Below, piece by piece: positions 16,064-26,476 of a stretch of 32,000 bases of DNA. How positions within the stretch are numbered: the first letter of the stretch is position 1; every line of letters begins with the position of its first letter. This DNA comes from Candidatus Pelagibacter sp. HTCC7211 (GTDB taxonomy: Bacteria > Pseudomonadota > Alphaproteobacteria > Pelagibacterales > Pelagibacteraceae). A model generated the notes under the pieces. It made no database searches. It was not told the DNA's origin and was given only the letters and a program-made list of their open reading frames with translations. The stretch is taken from NCBI RefSeq assembly GCF_000155895.1, contig NZ_DS995298.1:480001-512000 (forward strand), given 5' to 3'. The translations under genes were made by a program, and so were the position numbers.

Positions 16064-17074
16064 ATGGAAGCCACCATAGTATCGGAATTACAAAAGCATT
16101 ACCCGGTACTGCTAAAAGAAATTATTAGCGTTTTTTCCCCTCAACATGGTGGCACATTTATTGATTGTACTTTTGGCCAAGGAGGATATTCCAAAAAAAT
16201 TCTTGATTTTGAGAATACAAGCATAATTGCACTTGATAGAGACGTAGAGAGCGAAAAAATTGCAAATAAATTTAAAGAAAATTTTGAAGATAGATTTATT
16301 TTTAAAAATATTAAATTCAGTCAATTAAACAATCTAAAACTTAAAAATGAAAATATAAGAGGAGTAATTTTTGATCTTGGTTATTCTTACACTCAAATAA
16401 AAGATCCACTAAAAGGACTTTCATTCGAAGCAGATGGTAAATTAAATATGCAGTTGGGTTTAAACAGCTATTCTGCTGAAGATGCAATCAATAAACTAGA
16501 TGAAAAAGAATTAGAAAAGATTTTTAAATTTTTTGGTGATGAAAAGGAGGGAAAATATATTGCGAGAAATATTATAAAAGAGAGATTAAAAAATAAGATT
16601 GATACCAGGGCTTTAGTTGAAATTATTGATAAATCAAAAAAAAGAAAAAACTTTAAGGTTCATAATGCAACGAAAGTTTTTCAGGCTCTTAGAATTTTTG
16701 TGAATAAAGAAATAAGTGAGTTAATTTATGGACTTATTAATGCAACAAAAGTTTTAAAGAAAGGTGGCATTTTAGGAGTGGTTACATTTCATTCATTAGA
16801 GGACAAAATAGTAAAATATTTTTTTAAAAGTCTTTCAGAAAATAAAAGTATTTCAAGATATAGCCCAGTTACAGAACAATCCGAGACTCTTTTCAACTTA
16901 ATACAAAAAAAACCAATTCTACCTTCTGATGAGGAGGTAAGTGAAAATCCACCATCCAGATCTGCTAAATTTAGATATGTAATAAAAAAATCAGATTTTT
17001 ATAACTTTGATACTGACGTAGAGAACCAATTTAGAAATTTAATCGAAATTGAAAATTATGGAGATAAATTGTGA
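16064..17074 (+). CDS. rsmH: 16S rRNA (cytosine1402-N4)-methyltransferase
   Basis: 336-aa ORF: [45 protein letters not shown]. Confidence 0.93.
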   Translation: MEATIVSELQKHYPVLLKEIISVFSPQHGGTFIDCTFGQGGYSKKILDFENTSIIALDRDVESEKIANKFKENFEDRFIFKNIKFSQLNNLKLKNENIRGVIFDLGYSYTQIKDPLKGLSFEADGKLNMQLGLNSYSAEDAINKLDEKELEKIFKFFGDEKEGKYIARNIIKERLKNKIDTRALVEIIDKSKKRKNFKVHNATKVFQALRIFVNKEISELIYGLINATKVLKKGGILGVVTFHSLEDKIVKYFFKSLSENKSISRYSPVTEQSETLFNLIQKKPILPSDEEVSENPPSRSAKFRYVIKKSDFYNFDTDVENQFRNLIEIENYGDKL

Positions 17075-17376
17075 AAAAGTTTGGTTTGGCAGCTGTGATT
17101 TTATTTTTAGTTCTATCAACAGCGATAATTAAAAATACCACCAAGCAAATTGAGGATGAGTTATTTACAGTTAAAGAAAATATTAGAGTATTAAAATCAG
17201 AATTTGAAAATGTATCTTTGGAGTATGATTATCTCAGCTCTGCAGAAAAATTACTTGAATATCAATCTCTCTATTTTGAGGATGAGTTAATTCAAAAAGA
17301 TATAAAAGATATTAAAATTTTTAATATTTTAGATAATACAAAAAAAATCAAAGATTTTAAAATTATTAAAGAGTAA
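17071..17376 (+). CDS. ftsL: FtsL-like small bitopic division protein
   Basis: 101-aa ORF (GTG start) in the ftsL slot between rsmH and ftsI. One N-terminal transmembrane helix ([17 protein letters not shown]) followed by a heptad-like region. Called from position and topology only. Confidence 0.55.
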   Translation: MKKFGLAAVILFLVLSTAIIKNTTKQIEDELFTVKENIRVLKSEFENVSLEYDYLSSAEKLLEYQSLYFEDELIQKDIKDIKIFNILDNTKKIKDFKIIKE

Positions 17377-19067
17377 TGGTTGAAAATAAATCAAAATTTA
17401 CAATAGAAGATTATCAAAGTGATTTTACATTTAAGAAAAAAGAAAACGGTTTAAATATTGAATTTAATCGTGTAGCTTTTATTTTTTTTGTTTTTTTTAT
17501 TATCTATCTGATTTACACAATACATTTAATTCATTTAGGTTCGCAAAATAATAAATCAGAAAATATAAACAATCTTAATACATTTCAAAATCCACTTTAT
17601 CGAGCAGATATTATAGATATAAATGGTAATTACTTAGCCAAAACTGTTAAATCAATTGATATTGGATTAAAAACTTCAGACGTAATTAACAAAAAAAAAT
17701 TACTTCTTAGTCTAAATATAATTTTTCCTGATAAAAAATTTAATGAGATTAAAAAAAAAATAGAAAATAAAAAATTTTTTTATTTAGAAAAAAAAATTTC
17801 AGAAGAAAATTATGAAAAAATAATGAAATTAGGAGACAAATCTCTAATTCCTGAGGAAAAAGTCTTAAGGTTGTATCCTCAAAAAAATCTATTTAGTCAC
17901 GTTTTAGGTCAAATAGATGATGATAATAATGGCATTTCAGGATTAGAAAAATCTTTAAATGAAGAACTTAGAAATTCAGAAGATCCAATAAGATTAACTT
18001 TAGATAAAGATATTCAATTTTTAATTAGAAAAGAATTAATGAAATACCAAGAAATTTTTAAAAGCAAAGGTAGCGCGGCTATCTTAATGAATGTTAATAA
18101 CGGGAATATTCTATCATTAGTTTCTCTTCCAGATTTTAATCCAAATGAAAGACAAAATATTACCGATGTTAATTATATTAATAGGGTAACAAAAGGTACT
18201 TACGAACTTGGTTCAGTTTTTAAAGCCTTTACCTTTGCTAGTGCTTTAAATGAAAATGTAATAGAGCCAGAAACTGAGTTTTTAGATTTACCTAAATCAA
18301 TTAAATGTGACAAATATAGAATTGGTGAATATGATAACAAAATACCATCAAATTTAACAGCAGAACAAATTTTTGTTAGATCTGGAAATATAGGATCTGT
18401 CAGAATTGCTCAAAAAGTAGGCTCAGAAAAATTCAAATTATTTTTAGAAAACTTAGGTGTTTTAAACAATATTGAATTTGATATTGACGAAGTTGCTCCA
18501 CAAAAAAATTATAATTTTGGAAAATGTAGATTAGCTACAGCTTCTTTTGGACATGGCATAGCAACTACAATTCTTCAATTAGCGAAAGGTTATGCCATAT
18601 TATCAAATGGCGGTTATGAAATTAAACCAACTTTGATTTATAAAAAAAACGAAATAAACAAAAAAAATAAAAGAATATTAAACGAGGGTATTTCAAAAAA
18701 AGTTGTGAATGCTCTAAGAAAAATTGTAAATACTGAAGAGGGGACCGCCAAATTCGCAGATGTTCAAAGTTATGAAATTGGCGGAAAAACTGGAACAGCT
18801 GATCAGGCGGAGAGCGGCACATATTCTGAGGCAAAAATAAATACTTTTGCATCAATTTTCCCCACTTCAAATCCACAATTTGTTTTTGTTGTAATGTTAG
18901 ATACTCCAAAAAAATCTAAAGATTATTATTATAAATATAGACATCGAAAAGGAGGCTGGAAAGGTACTCTTTACAATACAGCTGGTTGGACATCAGTTGA
19001 GGTAGCAGGGAAGGTGATAGATAAAATTGGGCCTATTTTAGCCACAAAATATATAGAGTTTAATTAA
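17376..19067 (+). CDS. ftsI: Peptidoglycan D,D-transpeptidase FtsI (PBP3)
   Basis: 563-aa ORF with an N-terminal transmembrane anchor and the penicillin-binding motifs SVFK, SGN and KTGTA in the canonical order. Confidence 0.92.
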   Translation: MVENKSKFTIEDYQSDFTFKKKENGLNIEFNRVAFIFFVFFIIYLIYTIHLIHLGSQNNKSENINNLNTFQNPLYRADIIDINGNYLAKTVKSIDIGLKTSDVINKKKLLLSLNIIFPDKKFNEIKKKIENKKFFYLEKKISEENYEKIMKLGDKSLIPEEKVLRLYPQKNLFSHVLGQIDDDNNGISGLEKSLNEELRNSEDPIRLTLDKDIQFLIRKELMKYQEIFKSKGSAAILMNVNNGNILSLVSLPDFNPNERQNITDVNYINRVTKGTYELGSVFKAFTFASALNENVIEPETEFLDLPKSIKCDKYRIGEYDNKIPSNLTAEQIFVRSGNIGSVRIAQKVGSEKFKLFLENLGVLNNIEFDIDEVAPQKNYNFGKCRLATASFGHGIATTILQLAKGYAILSNGGYEIKPTLIYKKNEINKKNKRILNEGISKKVVNALRKIVNTEEGTAKFADVQSYEIGGKTGTADQAESGTYSEAKINTFASIFPTSNPQFVFVVMLDTPKKSKDYYYKYRHRKGGWKGTLYNTAGWTSVEVAGKVIDKIGPILATKYIEFN

Positions 19068-19069
19068 TC

Positions 19070-21913
19070 ATGCTTCTTGGAAAATATTTTCATAACATAA
19101 ATAAAGATTATAAAAATTTTTATTTTTCAGGAATTTCATTTGATACAAAAAATATAAAAAAAAATAATATCTTTTTTGCAATTAAGGGGAATAAATTTGA
19201 TGGAAATAATTTTATTCCAGATGCAATAAACAAAGGGTCTAAAATTATTGTAACTGAAAAAAAAGTAAAAAGTGTACAAAATGGAATTTTATATATTCAT
19301 ACAAATAATGTAAGAAAATTATTGGCTGAAACTGCATTTAAAATTTATAATAAAAAACCAAAAAATTTAATTGCAGTTACTGGTACAAATGGAAAATCCT
19401 CAATTGCTAATTTTTATTTTCAAATATTAAAATTGAATAATAAAAAAGTTGCCTCAATAGGTACTTTAGGAGTTAAATCAAAAAATATTAATTTGAATTT
19501 ATCTAATACCACAATTGATCCAATCAAATTAGCAAAAATATTGAGTAAGTTAAAAAGTCATAAAATAGAAAATGTAATTATGGAAGCTTCAAGCCATGGT
19601 TTAAAGCAAAATAGATTAGATGGTTTAAAGTTTAATTCTGGTATATTTACAAATTTATCTCAAGATCATTTAGATTATCACAAAAATTTAAAAAATTACT
19701 TAAATGCAAAACTCTATTTATTTGAAAATTTAATTAAAAAAAAAGGTAATTTAATAACAGATCAATTAATACCTGAATTTAAAAAAATAAAAAAAATTAC
19801 AATTAATAAGAGATTAAAATTATATGCACTTAATGATAAGAAAAATAATTTACAAGTCATCTCTCATAGTTTTAAAGGTGAGGCTCAATCTTTTAAAATT
19901 AAATTAAACAATTCAATACAGAATATAAATTTAAATTTAATTGGAAAAATACAATTAAAGAATGTTTTGATGGCAATAATTGCAGCAAAAAATAGTAATA
20001 TTGGATTAAATAAAATATTAAATAAAATTTATAAATTGAAACCAGTCGAAGGAAGATTTGAAAAAATTGGTAAGATTAAAAATCATTCTAAAGTAATTCT
20101 TGATTATGCTCACACTCCTGATGCTTTAAAAACATGTCTTTTAAATCTTAGAGAGCAATTTCCAGCAAAAAAAATCATAGTCTTGTTTGGCTGTGGAGGA
20201 AATAGAGATCAGAATAAAAGATCAAAAATGGGAAAAATTGCGAGTTATTTCTCAGATAAGATTATCCTCACAAATGATAATCCCAGATTAGAAAATCCTC
20301 AAAAAATAAGAAGAGATATAAAAAAAGGAATTAAAAAAAAGAAAATTATTGAAATATCAGACAGAGCAATGGCAATAACACGAGCTATTCATGATTTAAA
20401 TTCAGGTGATATTTTGCTGGTAGCAGGAAAAGGTCATGAGAAAACCCAAGATATTGGAAGTAAGAAAATTTTCTTTTCAGATAAAAAAGTAATCCTGAGT
20501 GCAATTAAAAACAAAAATATTAATTTATCAAATAATTTAAAAATAAATGTGGTTAAAGAGAGTGGTAAAATTAAAAGATTATCTCCCTTAATATCTTTAA
20601 AAAAAGCTAGAATTAATTCTCAGGAGGTAACCAAAAATGATATTTTTTTTGCTATTAAAGGAAAAAAAAATGATGGGAATAAATTTGTTGCCCAGTCTTT
20701 CAAGAGAAAAGCTTCATTAGCTGTAGTAAATAAGATTCAAAATAAATTAAATCATAGTCGACAGATCAAAGTAAAAAATACTTTAAAGTTCTTAACAAAT
20801 GTTTCAAAAATTTTTAGAAAAAGTATTGATACAAACATAATAGCAATTACAGGCAGCTGTGGCAAAACTACACTTAAAGAATTGTTAGGTAACACATTAA
20901 ATAAAATTTCGAAAGTAAGTATTTCCCCAAAATCATACAATAATAAGTTTGGAGTTCCATTAAGTCTTTTTAATATAAATCAAAAAGACGAATTTGGAAT
21001 TCTAGAGGTTGGGATGGATAAAAAGGGTGAAATTGATTATTTATCAAAAATTATAGAACCAGATGTTGGTGTAATAACAAATATAAATTATGCACATGCA
21101 AAAAATTTTAAGAATATTAAACAAATTGCTTTAGCAAAATCTGAAATTATTGATAATATAAGGCTTTATGGTTTTATTGTATTGAATGCAGATGATAGTT
21201 TTTTTAAACTACATTACAATATTGCTAAAAAAAAAAATATTAAAGTAATTTCTTTTGGTATAAAAAATCACAAAGCAGATATTAAATTAATTAATATAAA
21301 GCCATTTAGAAAAAAATTTAGAATTAACATTAGTTTAAATAATAAAAGAAAATATTTTTTACTATCTAATGATTTTCAAAATAATATATACAATATTTTA
21401 TCTGCTCTAGCAGTTATTAGTATTTATAAAAATATATTTAAATTAGATAAAAATATTTTTTACGATTTTAAAATACCTGGAGGACGAGGAGATCATTCGG
21501 TAATTAAATTTAATAATAAAAAAATAAATTTAATTGACCAAAGTTATAATTCAAATCCTCTATCACTAAAATCAGCAATAAAAAATTATGATAAGATCAA
21601 TTTAAAAAAATCAAATAAATACATGTTAATTGGTGATATGTTAGAGCTTGGCAGTCATTCTAGAAGACTTCATCGATCTGTTGCTCCAATAATAAATAAA
21701 TCCAATATAGACAAGGTATATGTTAAAGGGAAAATGGCCTCAATAATATTTAAGGATATTTCAAAAGCAAAAAAAGGTAGAATTTTATTGAACAAATCAC
21801 AAATTATTGAATTGATTAGAAAAGATTTAAATAATAATGATTATTTAATGATTAAAGCCTCACTTGCGACAGGATTTAACGACATAGTCAAAGATCTGAA
21901 AGGACTACGTTAA
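19070..21913 (+). CDS. murE-murF: Fused MurE-MurF (UDP-MurNAc-tripeptide synthetase fused to UDP-MurNAc-pentapeptide synthetase)
   Basis: Single 947-aa ORF. The MurE half (about aa 1-482) has GTNGKSS, DNPR (mDAP type) and AGKGHE. The MurF half (about aa 488-947) has ARINSQEV..DIFFAIKG..DGNKF, a second P-loop TGSCGKTT, and GDMLELG. No stop or frameshift near the junction at about nt 20516-20530. Confidence 0.9.
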   Translation: MLLGKYFHNINKDYKNFYFSGISFDTKNIKKNNIFFAIKGNKFDGNNFIPDAINKGSKIIVTEKKVKSVQNGILYIHTNNVRKLLAETAFKIYNKKPKNLIAVTGTNGKSSIANFYFQILKLNNKKVASIGTLGVKSKNINLNLSNTTIDPIKLAKILSKLKSHKIENVIMEASSHGLKQNRLDGLKFNSGIFTNLSQDHLDYHKNLKNYLNAKLYLFENLIKKKGNLITDQLIPEFKKIKKITINKRLKLYALNDKKNNLQVISHSFKGEAQSFKIKLNNSIQNINLNLIGKIQLKNVLMAIIAAKNSNIGLNKILNKIYKLKPVEGRFEKIGKIKNHSKVILDYAHTPDALKTCLLNLREQFPAKKIIVLFGCGGNRDQNKRSKMGKIASYFSDKIILTNDNPRLENPQKIRRDIKKGIKKKKIIEISDRAMAITRAIHDLNSGDILLVAGKGHEKTQDIGSKKIFFSDKKVILSAIKNKNINLSNNLKINVVKESGKIKRLSPLISLKKARINSQEVTKNDIFFAIKGKKNDGNKFVAQSFKRKASLAVVNKIQNKLNHSRQIKVKNTLKFLTNVSKIFRKSIDTNIIAITGSCGKTTLKELLGNTLNKISKVSISPKSYNNKFGVPLSLFNINQKDEFGILEVGMDKKGEIDYLSKIIEPDVGVITNINYAHAKNFKNIKQIALAKSEIIDNIRLYGFIVLNADDSFFKLHYNIAKKKNIKVISFGIKNHKADIKLINIKPFRKKFRINISLNNKRKYFLLSNDFQNNIYNILSALAVISIYKNIFKLDKNIFYDFKIPGGRGDHSVIKFNNKKINLIDQSYNSNPLSLKSAIKNYDKINLKKSNKYMLIGDMLELGSHSRRLHRSVAPIINKSNIDKVYVKGKMASIIFKDISKAKKGRILLNKSQIIELIRKDLNNNDYLMIKASLATGFNDIVKDLKGLR

Positions 21914-22999
21914 ATGCTTTATCAATTTTTATTAAATTTTCTTGATACTTTTAGTTTTTTAAATGTCTTTAAGTATTTAACATTTAGGACAGGTTTATCA
22001 TTTTTTACTTCATTAGTTATAGTGTTAATCATTGGTGGTCCTTTTATTAAATTTTTTTCAAATCAAAAAATTTTAAATCCTATTCGAGACGATGGACCAG
22101 AGGAGCATATAGTTAAAAAAATTGGTACACCAACAATGGGAGGAGTAATAATTTTGTTTGGTTTATTGGTATCAGTAATATTTTGGGCAGATCTATCAAA
22201 TATTAATATTTTATTTTGCTTATATATTGCAATATCATTTGGTTTACTGGGAGCATATGATGATTTTAAAAAAATTAAATATAGCAACTCATCAGGAATT
22301 TCTTCAAAGTTTAAAATAATTTCACAAATAATATTGGCAATTATTGGAGTAAGTTTTTATGTTTACTTAAACGATTATCAAGATTTAAATAATTTATATT
22401 TTCCATTTTTTAAAAATTTGATCGTTAATCTTGGATGGTTTTTTATACCATTTGCAATATTTGTAATTATAGGTTCATCTAATGCTGTTAATCTGACAGA
22501 TGGATTAGACGGGTTAGCAACTGTTCCTGTAATATTAGTAGCAGCTTGTTTTGCTTTTATTAGTTATGTTACAGGAAACATTGTATTTTCAAATTACCTA
22601 CAAATTCCTTACATAGAGGGAACAGGTGAAATATCAATTTTTTGTGGGGCGATTATAGGCTCTTGTTTAGGTTTTTTATGGTTTAATGCACCACCTGCTA
22701 AAATTTTTATGGGTGACACAGGCTCATTATCTCTAGGAGGGTCCTTAGGTGCGGTAGGAATTATAACAAAGCATGAAATCGTTTTGGCAATTACTGGTGG
22801 CCTTTTTGTTTTAGAGGCAGTTTCTGTAATTGTTCAAGTAATATCCTTTAAACTTACAGGAAAAAGAATTTTTAGAATGGCGCCCATTCATCATCATTTT
22901 GAGAAAAAGGGATGGCCAGAATCTACAGTTGTAATTAGGTTTTGGATTATTTCAATAATCTTGGCAATGATTGGTTTAGCTACTTTAAAATTAAGATAA
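21914..22999 (+). CDS. mraY: Phospho-N-acetylmuramoyl-pentapeptide transferase
   Basis: 361-aa polytopic membrane ORF: NAVNLTDGLDGLA, MGDTGSLSLGG, PIHHHFE. Confidence 0.97.
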   Translation: MLYQFLLNFLDTFSFLNVFKYLTFRTGLSFFTSLVIVLIIGGPFIKFFSNQKILNPIRDDGPEEHIVKKIGTPTMGGVIILFGLLVSVIFWADLSNINILFCLYIAISFGLLGAYDDFKKIKYSNSSGISSKFKIISQIILAIIGVSFYVYLNDYQDLNNLYFPFFKNLIVNLGWFFIPFAIFVIIGSSNAVNLTDGLDGLATVPVILVAACFAFISYVTGNIVFSNYLQIPYIEGTGEISIFCGAIIGSCLGFLWFNAPPAKIFMGDTGSLSLGGSLGAVGIITKHEIVLAITGGLFVLEAVSVIVQVISFKLTGKRIFRMAPIHHHFEKKGWPESTVVIRFWIISIILAMIGLATLKLR

Positions 23000-24294
23000 T
23001 GAAAAAACTAAGTAATATTTTTTTAGGAAAAAAAATATTAGTTTATGGTTTAGGAAAGAGTGGTATCTCAACTTATAAATTTTTAAAAAAAAGTTCTGAT
23101 GTATATTTATTTGATGACAATCATAGAATTAATTTTAAATATAATCAAAAAATAATTAGTTTAAAAAAAATTAAAAAAATTAATTTCGATAGAATTATTA
23201 TTAGTCCAGGCATTGATATTTCAAACTGTAAATTATCGAAATTTTTAAATAACAATTTGTTAAAAATTCACACAGATCTTGATGTTTTATTTTCATTTTA
23301 TGACAATAAAAGTATCACAATTACAGGAACTAACGGCAAGTCTACAACTGCTAAAATTTTACATGATGCTTTGACCGATCAAAAGAGAGACTCAAGGTTG
23401 ATAGGGAACATTGGCAATCCTGTATTGGCAGAAAAAAATATCACAAAAAAAACAATTTTTGTAATAGAAGCTTCTTCATATCAGTTAGATTATAGTAGGA
23501 TTTTTAGATCAAAATATGCAGTAATTCTTAACATTACTTCAGATCATATAGAAAGGCACAAAAGTTTAAATAATTATGTAGATGCAAAATTTAAATTATT
23601 AAAATCTCAAAATAGAGGATCCTTTGCTTATATTAAAAAAGATGATGAATTAATTACAAAAAAAATAAAAAAAAATAAATACAAAGCAAAGATATACAAA
23701 GTTCAGACTTCAAATTTAAATAAAAAATTTGATAAAATTTACAATAAATATTTTATCTCTGATGGTAATAAAGAAAATTTATTATTTATATTTGAGATTG
23801 CTTCAAAATTAAAACTAAATAAAAAAAAATTAATCAGATCAATTAATAGATTTAAAGGTCTAGATTACAGACAACAAATCATATTTGATAAAAAAAACCT
23901 TACAATAATCAATGACTCTAAATCTACAAGCTTTGCTTCCTCAGAAAGTGTATTAAAAAATTTAAATGGTGCTTACTGGATCTTAGGAGGAATTCCAAAA
24001 AAAGGAGATAAATTTAAATTATCAAAAACAAAATGTAAAAATCTGAAAGCTTTTATTTTTGGATCACATAGTAAGAAATTTTTAGAGATTTTAAAGAATA
24101 AATTAAAAGTTAAAAGTTTTAAAAATATGGAAGAAACACTTAAAGTTATTTTTTCAGAAATTACTATTCAAAAATCTGAAAAAAATATTATTTTTTTTAG
24201 TCCAGCTGGAGCATCATTTGATAGTTTTAGAAATTTTGAGGATAGAGGGAATTATTTTAATCAATTAGTTAAAAAGTATATTAATGCAAAGTGA
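22999..24294 (+). CDS. murD: UDP-N-acetylmuramoylalanine--D-glutamate ligase
   Basis: Start moved to the ATG at 22999, which overlaps the mraY stop (TAATG), giving MKKLSNIFLGKKILVYGLGKSG. The track start at 22942 lies inside mraY. Motifs: GLGKSG Rossmann-like segment and GTNGKSTT P-loop. Confidence 0.9.
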   Translation: MKKLSNIFLGKKILVYGLGKSGISTYKFLKKSSDVYLFDDNHRINFKYNQKIISLKKIKKINFDRIIISPGIDISNCKLSKFLNNNLLKIHTDLDVLFSFYDNKSITITGTNGKSTTAKILHDALTDQKRDSRLIGNIGNPVLAEKNITKKTIFVIEASSYQLDYSRIFRSKYAVILNITSDHIERHKSLNNYVDAKFKLLKSQNRGSFAYIKKDDELITKKIKKNKYKAKIYKVQTSNLNKKFDKIYNKYFISDGNKENLLFIFEIASKLKLNKKKLIRSINRFKGLDYRQQIIFDKKNLTIINDSKSTSFASSESVLKNLNGAYWILGGIPKKGDKFKLSKTKCKNLKAFIFGSHSKKFLEILKNKLKVKSFKNMEETLKVIFSEITIQKSEKNIIFFSPAGASFDSFRNFEDRGNYFNQLVKKYINAK

Positions 24295-25405
24295 TAATCT
24301 TTTTTATAAATTTTACTACCAATGGTGGAAAAATATAGATAAATCAATTTTTACTTTAATTAGTTTGTTATTTATTATAGGTTTATTTTTTTCTTTAGTC
24401 TCAACTTCATTAATAGCATCAGATAAATTAGATACTAATAGCTATTCCTTTTTTTTTAAGCATCTAGTTTATGTTTTAATTGGAATTTCAATTATCTTCA
24501 TTTTTTCATCATTTAACACAGATCAATTATTAAAATATTCAATTATTCTTTTTTTTATATCTTTATTTTCTTTGTTCTTAGTTCCAATAATTGGTATTGA
24601 GGTAAAAGGTTCAAAAAGATGGATTGATTTATTTTTTTTACCAAGGTTTCAACCAATCGAAGTTTTGAAGCCTTTTTTGATAATAACTTTAGCAAATATA
24701 CTTTGTAGCAATAAAGCAAATATTATATCTAAGTATTTACTTTCAATTTTAATAATTACTTTAATTTCATCACTTTTAATAATTCAACCTGATATTGGTC
24801 AAACTTTGTTAGTAATTTTTTCTTGGGCTGTTTTAATTTTTACTTCTGGAATTAATTTATATTTATTAATTGCAATTTTTTTATTTAGTTCAGTATTACT
24901 TGCATATTTAATTATTTTTGTTCCTAAGTTTGAATACATCCAGGGACGTATTTTCTCATTTTTTGATAGAGAAACTGGATCTCATAATTTTCAGTCAGAT
25001 AAAGCAATTGAGTCGATCACTAGTGGAGGTTTTTTTGGAAAAGGGATTGGTGAAGGAACCCTTAAAAATAACGTACCAGAGGCTCATACTGATTACATAA
25101 TATCTGTAATTTCCGAAGAGTTTGGTGTGGTTGCCATAATGTTAATATTATTATTGTTTTTGATCTTCATTTATATGGTTTTAAAAAAAATAAACTTTGA
25201 AACTGATGATAAAATTAAGCTTATTTTAATTGGATCAATAAGCTTAATTTTAATGCAAGCTACAATTCATATTGGAGTAAACATAAGATTGTTTCCAACT
25301 ACAGGAATGACTTTACCATTTTTAAGCTATGGGGGGTCATCAATAGTAAGTACATCTATATTAGCTGGAATTATTTTAAATCTAACAAAAAGAAAAATAA
25401 ATTAG
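24284..25405 (+). CDS. ftsW: SEDS-family peptidoglycan glycosyltransferase FtsW
   Basis: 373-aa polytopic membrane ORF with SEDS motifs (PEAHTDYI, LPFLSYGGSS). Sits in the canonical position between murD and murG. Confidence 0.92.
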   Translation: MQSDNLFYKFYYQWWKNIDKSIFTLISLLFIIGLFFSLVSTSLIASDKLDTNSYSFFFKHLVYVLIGISIIFIFSSFNTDQLLKYSIILFFISLFSLFLVPIIGIEVKGSKRWIDLFFLPRFQPIEVLKPFLIITLANILCSNKANIISKYLLSILIITLISSLLIIQPDIGQTLLVIFSWAVLIFTSGINLYLLIAIFLFSSVLLAYLIIFVPKFEYIQGRIFSFFDRETGSHNFQSDKAIESITSGGFFGKGIGEGTLKNNVPEAHTDYIISVISEEFGVVAIMLILLLFLIFIYMVLKKINFETDDKIKLILIGSISLILMQATIHIGVNIRLFPTTGMTLPFLSYGGSSIVSTSILAGIILNLTKRKIN

Positions 25406-25408
25406 TAA

Positions 25409-26476
25409 ATGAAAAGTAAAATATTAATTTCTACAGGTGGATCAGGCGGGCACGTTCTTCCAGCAATTACAATTTATGATCATTTAAAATCTAATTATGA
25501 AACTTTAATTTCAACTGATCTGAGAGGACTTAAATACTTAGATAAAAAAAACTATAATCATATAATTGTCAATACACCAAAATTAAATAATTTATTATTG
25601 TTTCCTTTTTCATTTTTAAAAGTTTTTATTTTAACTTTAAAGTCTTTAATAATTTTGAAAAGAGAAAATATTTCAATTTTGATCTCTACCGGTGGTTACA
25701 TGTCCTTACCATTATGTTTGGCTGCAAAAATATTAAGTATTAAAATTTATTTAATTGAACCCAATATGGTTCTTGGAAGAGCAAATAAATTTTTCTTATA
25801 TTTTGCAAAAAAATTAATATGTTATTCAAAGGAATTAATTAATTTGCCAAAAAAATTTGAGCACAAACAAACTATAGTAATGCCATTAATAAGAAAAAAA
25901 TATTATGATACATACAACTATCATAATGAGGGTAATTTTTTTACAATTACAATTATTGGCGGTAGTCAAGGAGCAAAAATATTTGACACACTTATTAATG
26001 AATTATTAGTAAAAATATCAAAAATATGTTCTTTAAAAGTAGTGCATCAAACAAGTAAAAAAAATACTGATTTTCTTGAAAAATTTTATAAAAAAAATAA
26101 AATTGAAAATAAAGTTTTTACCTTTGATAAAAATTTAAATATTATTTTAAAACAATCTGATTTGTGCATCACTAGAGCTGGAGCCTCAAGCCTGGCAGAA
26201 CTTTCTTTGCTTAAAATACCATTTATTGCAATACCACTTCCAACATCAAAAGATAATCATCAATTTGAAAATGCTAAATATTATAAAGATAAAGATTGTT
26301 GTTGGATTATTAATCAAGAAAATTTTGATAAACAAAAATTCGAAGAATTATTAATTAAATTATCTGGTAAAAAAGACGAATACTTAACAAAAAAAAAAAA
26401 TTTAGAAAAATTAAATTATCAAAATACCTGGAATAATGTTAATCAAAAATTATTAAAAATTTTTAATGAAAATTAA
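25409..26476 (+). CDS. murG: UDP-GlcNAc:undecaprenyl-PP-MurNAc-pentapeptide GlcNAc transferase
   Basis: 355-aa ORF: N-terminal G-loop GGSGGHVLPA, and C-terminal TRAGASSLAE ... HQFENA. Confidence 0.92.
   Translation: MKSKILISTGGSGGHVLPAITIYDHLKSNYETLISTDLRGLKYLDKKNYNHIIVNTPKLNNLLLFPFSFLKVFILTLKSLIILKRENISILISTGGYMSLPLCLAAKILSIKIYLIEPNMVLGRANKFFLYFAKKLICYSKELINLPKKFEHKQTIVMPLIRKKYYDTYNYHNEGNFFTITIIGGSQGAKIFDTLINELLVKISKICSLKVVHQTSKKNTDFLEKFYKKNKIENKVFTFDKNLNIILKQSDLCITRAGASSLAELSLLKIPFIAIPLPTSKDNHQFENAKYYKDKDCCWIINQENFDKQKFEELLIKLSGKKDEYLTKKKNLEKLNYQNTWNNVNQKLLKIFNEN

Noticed and set aside
22942-22998. N-terminal 19-codon extension of murD given by the ORF track
   Set aside because: The extension lies inside the mraY coding region. 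The internal ATG at 22999 overlaps the mraY stop (TAATG) and yields a normal MurD N-terminus, so the shorter start is preferred.
26389-26400. 12-nt poly(A) tract inside murG (similar A9-A10 runs occur in ddl, ftsI, murE-murF and murD) considered as slippage or phase-variation sites
   Set aside because: They encode Lys runs in frame, are scattered across essential genes, and fit the extreme AT bias and AAA codon preference. Nothing suggests programmed switching.
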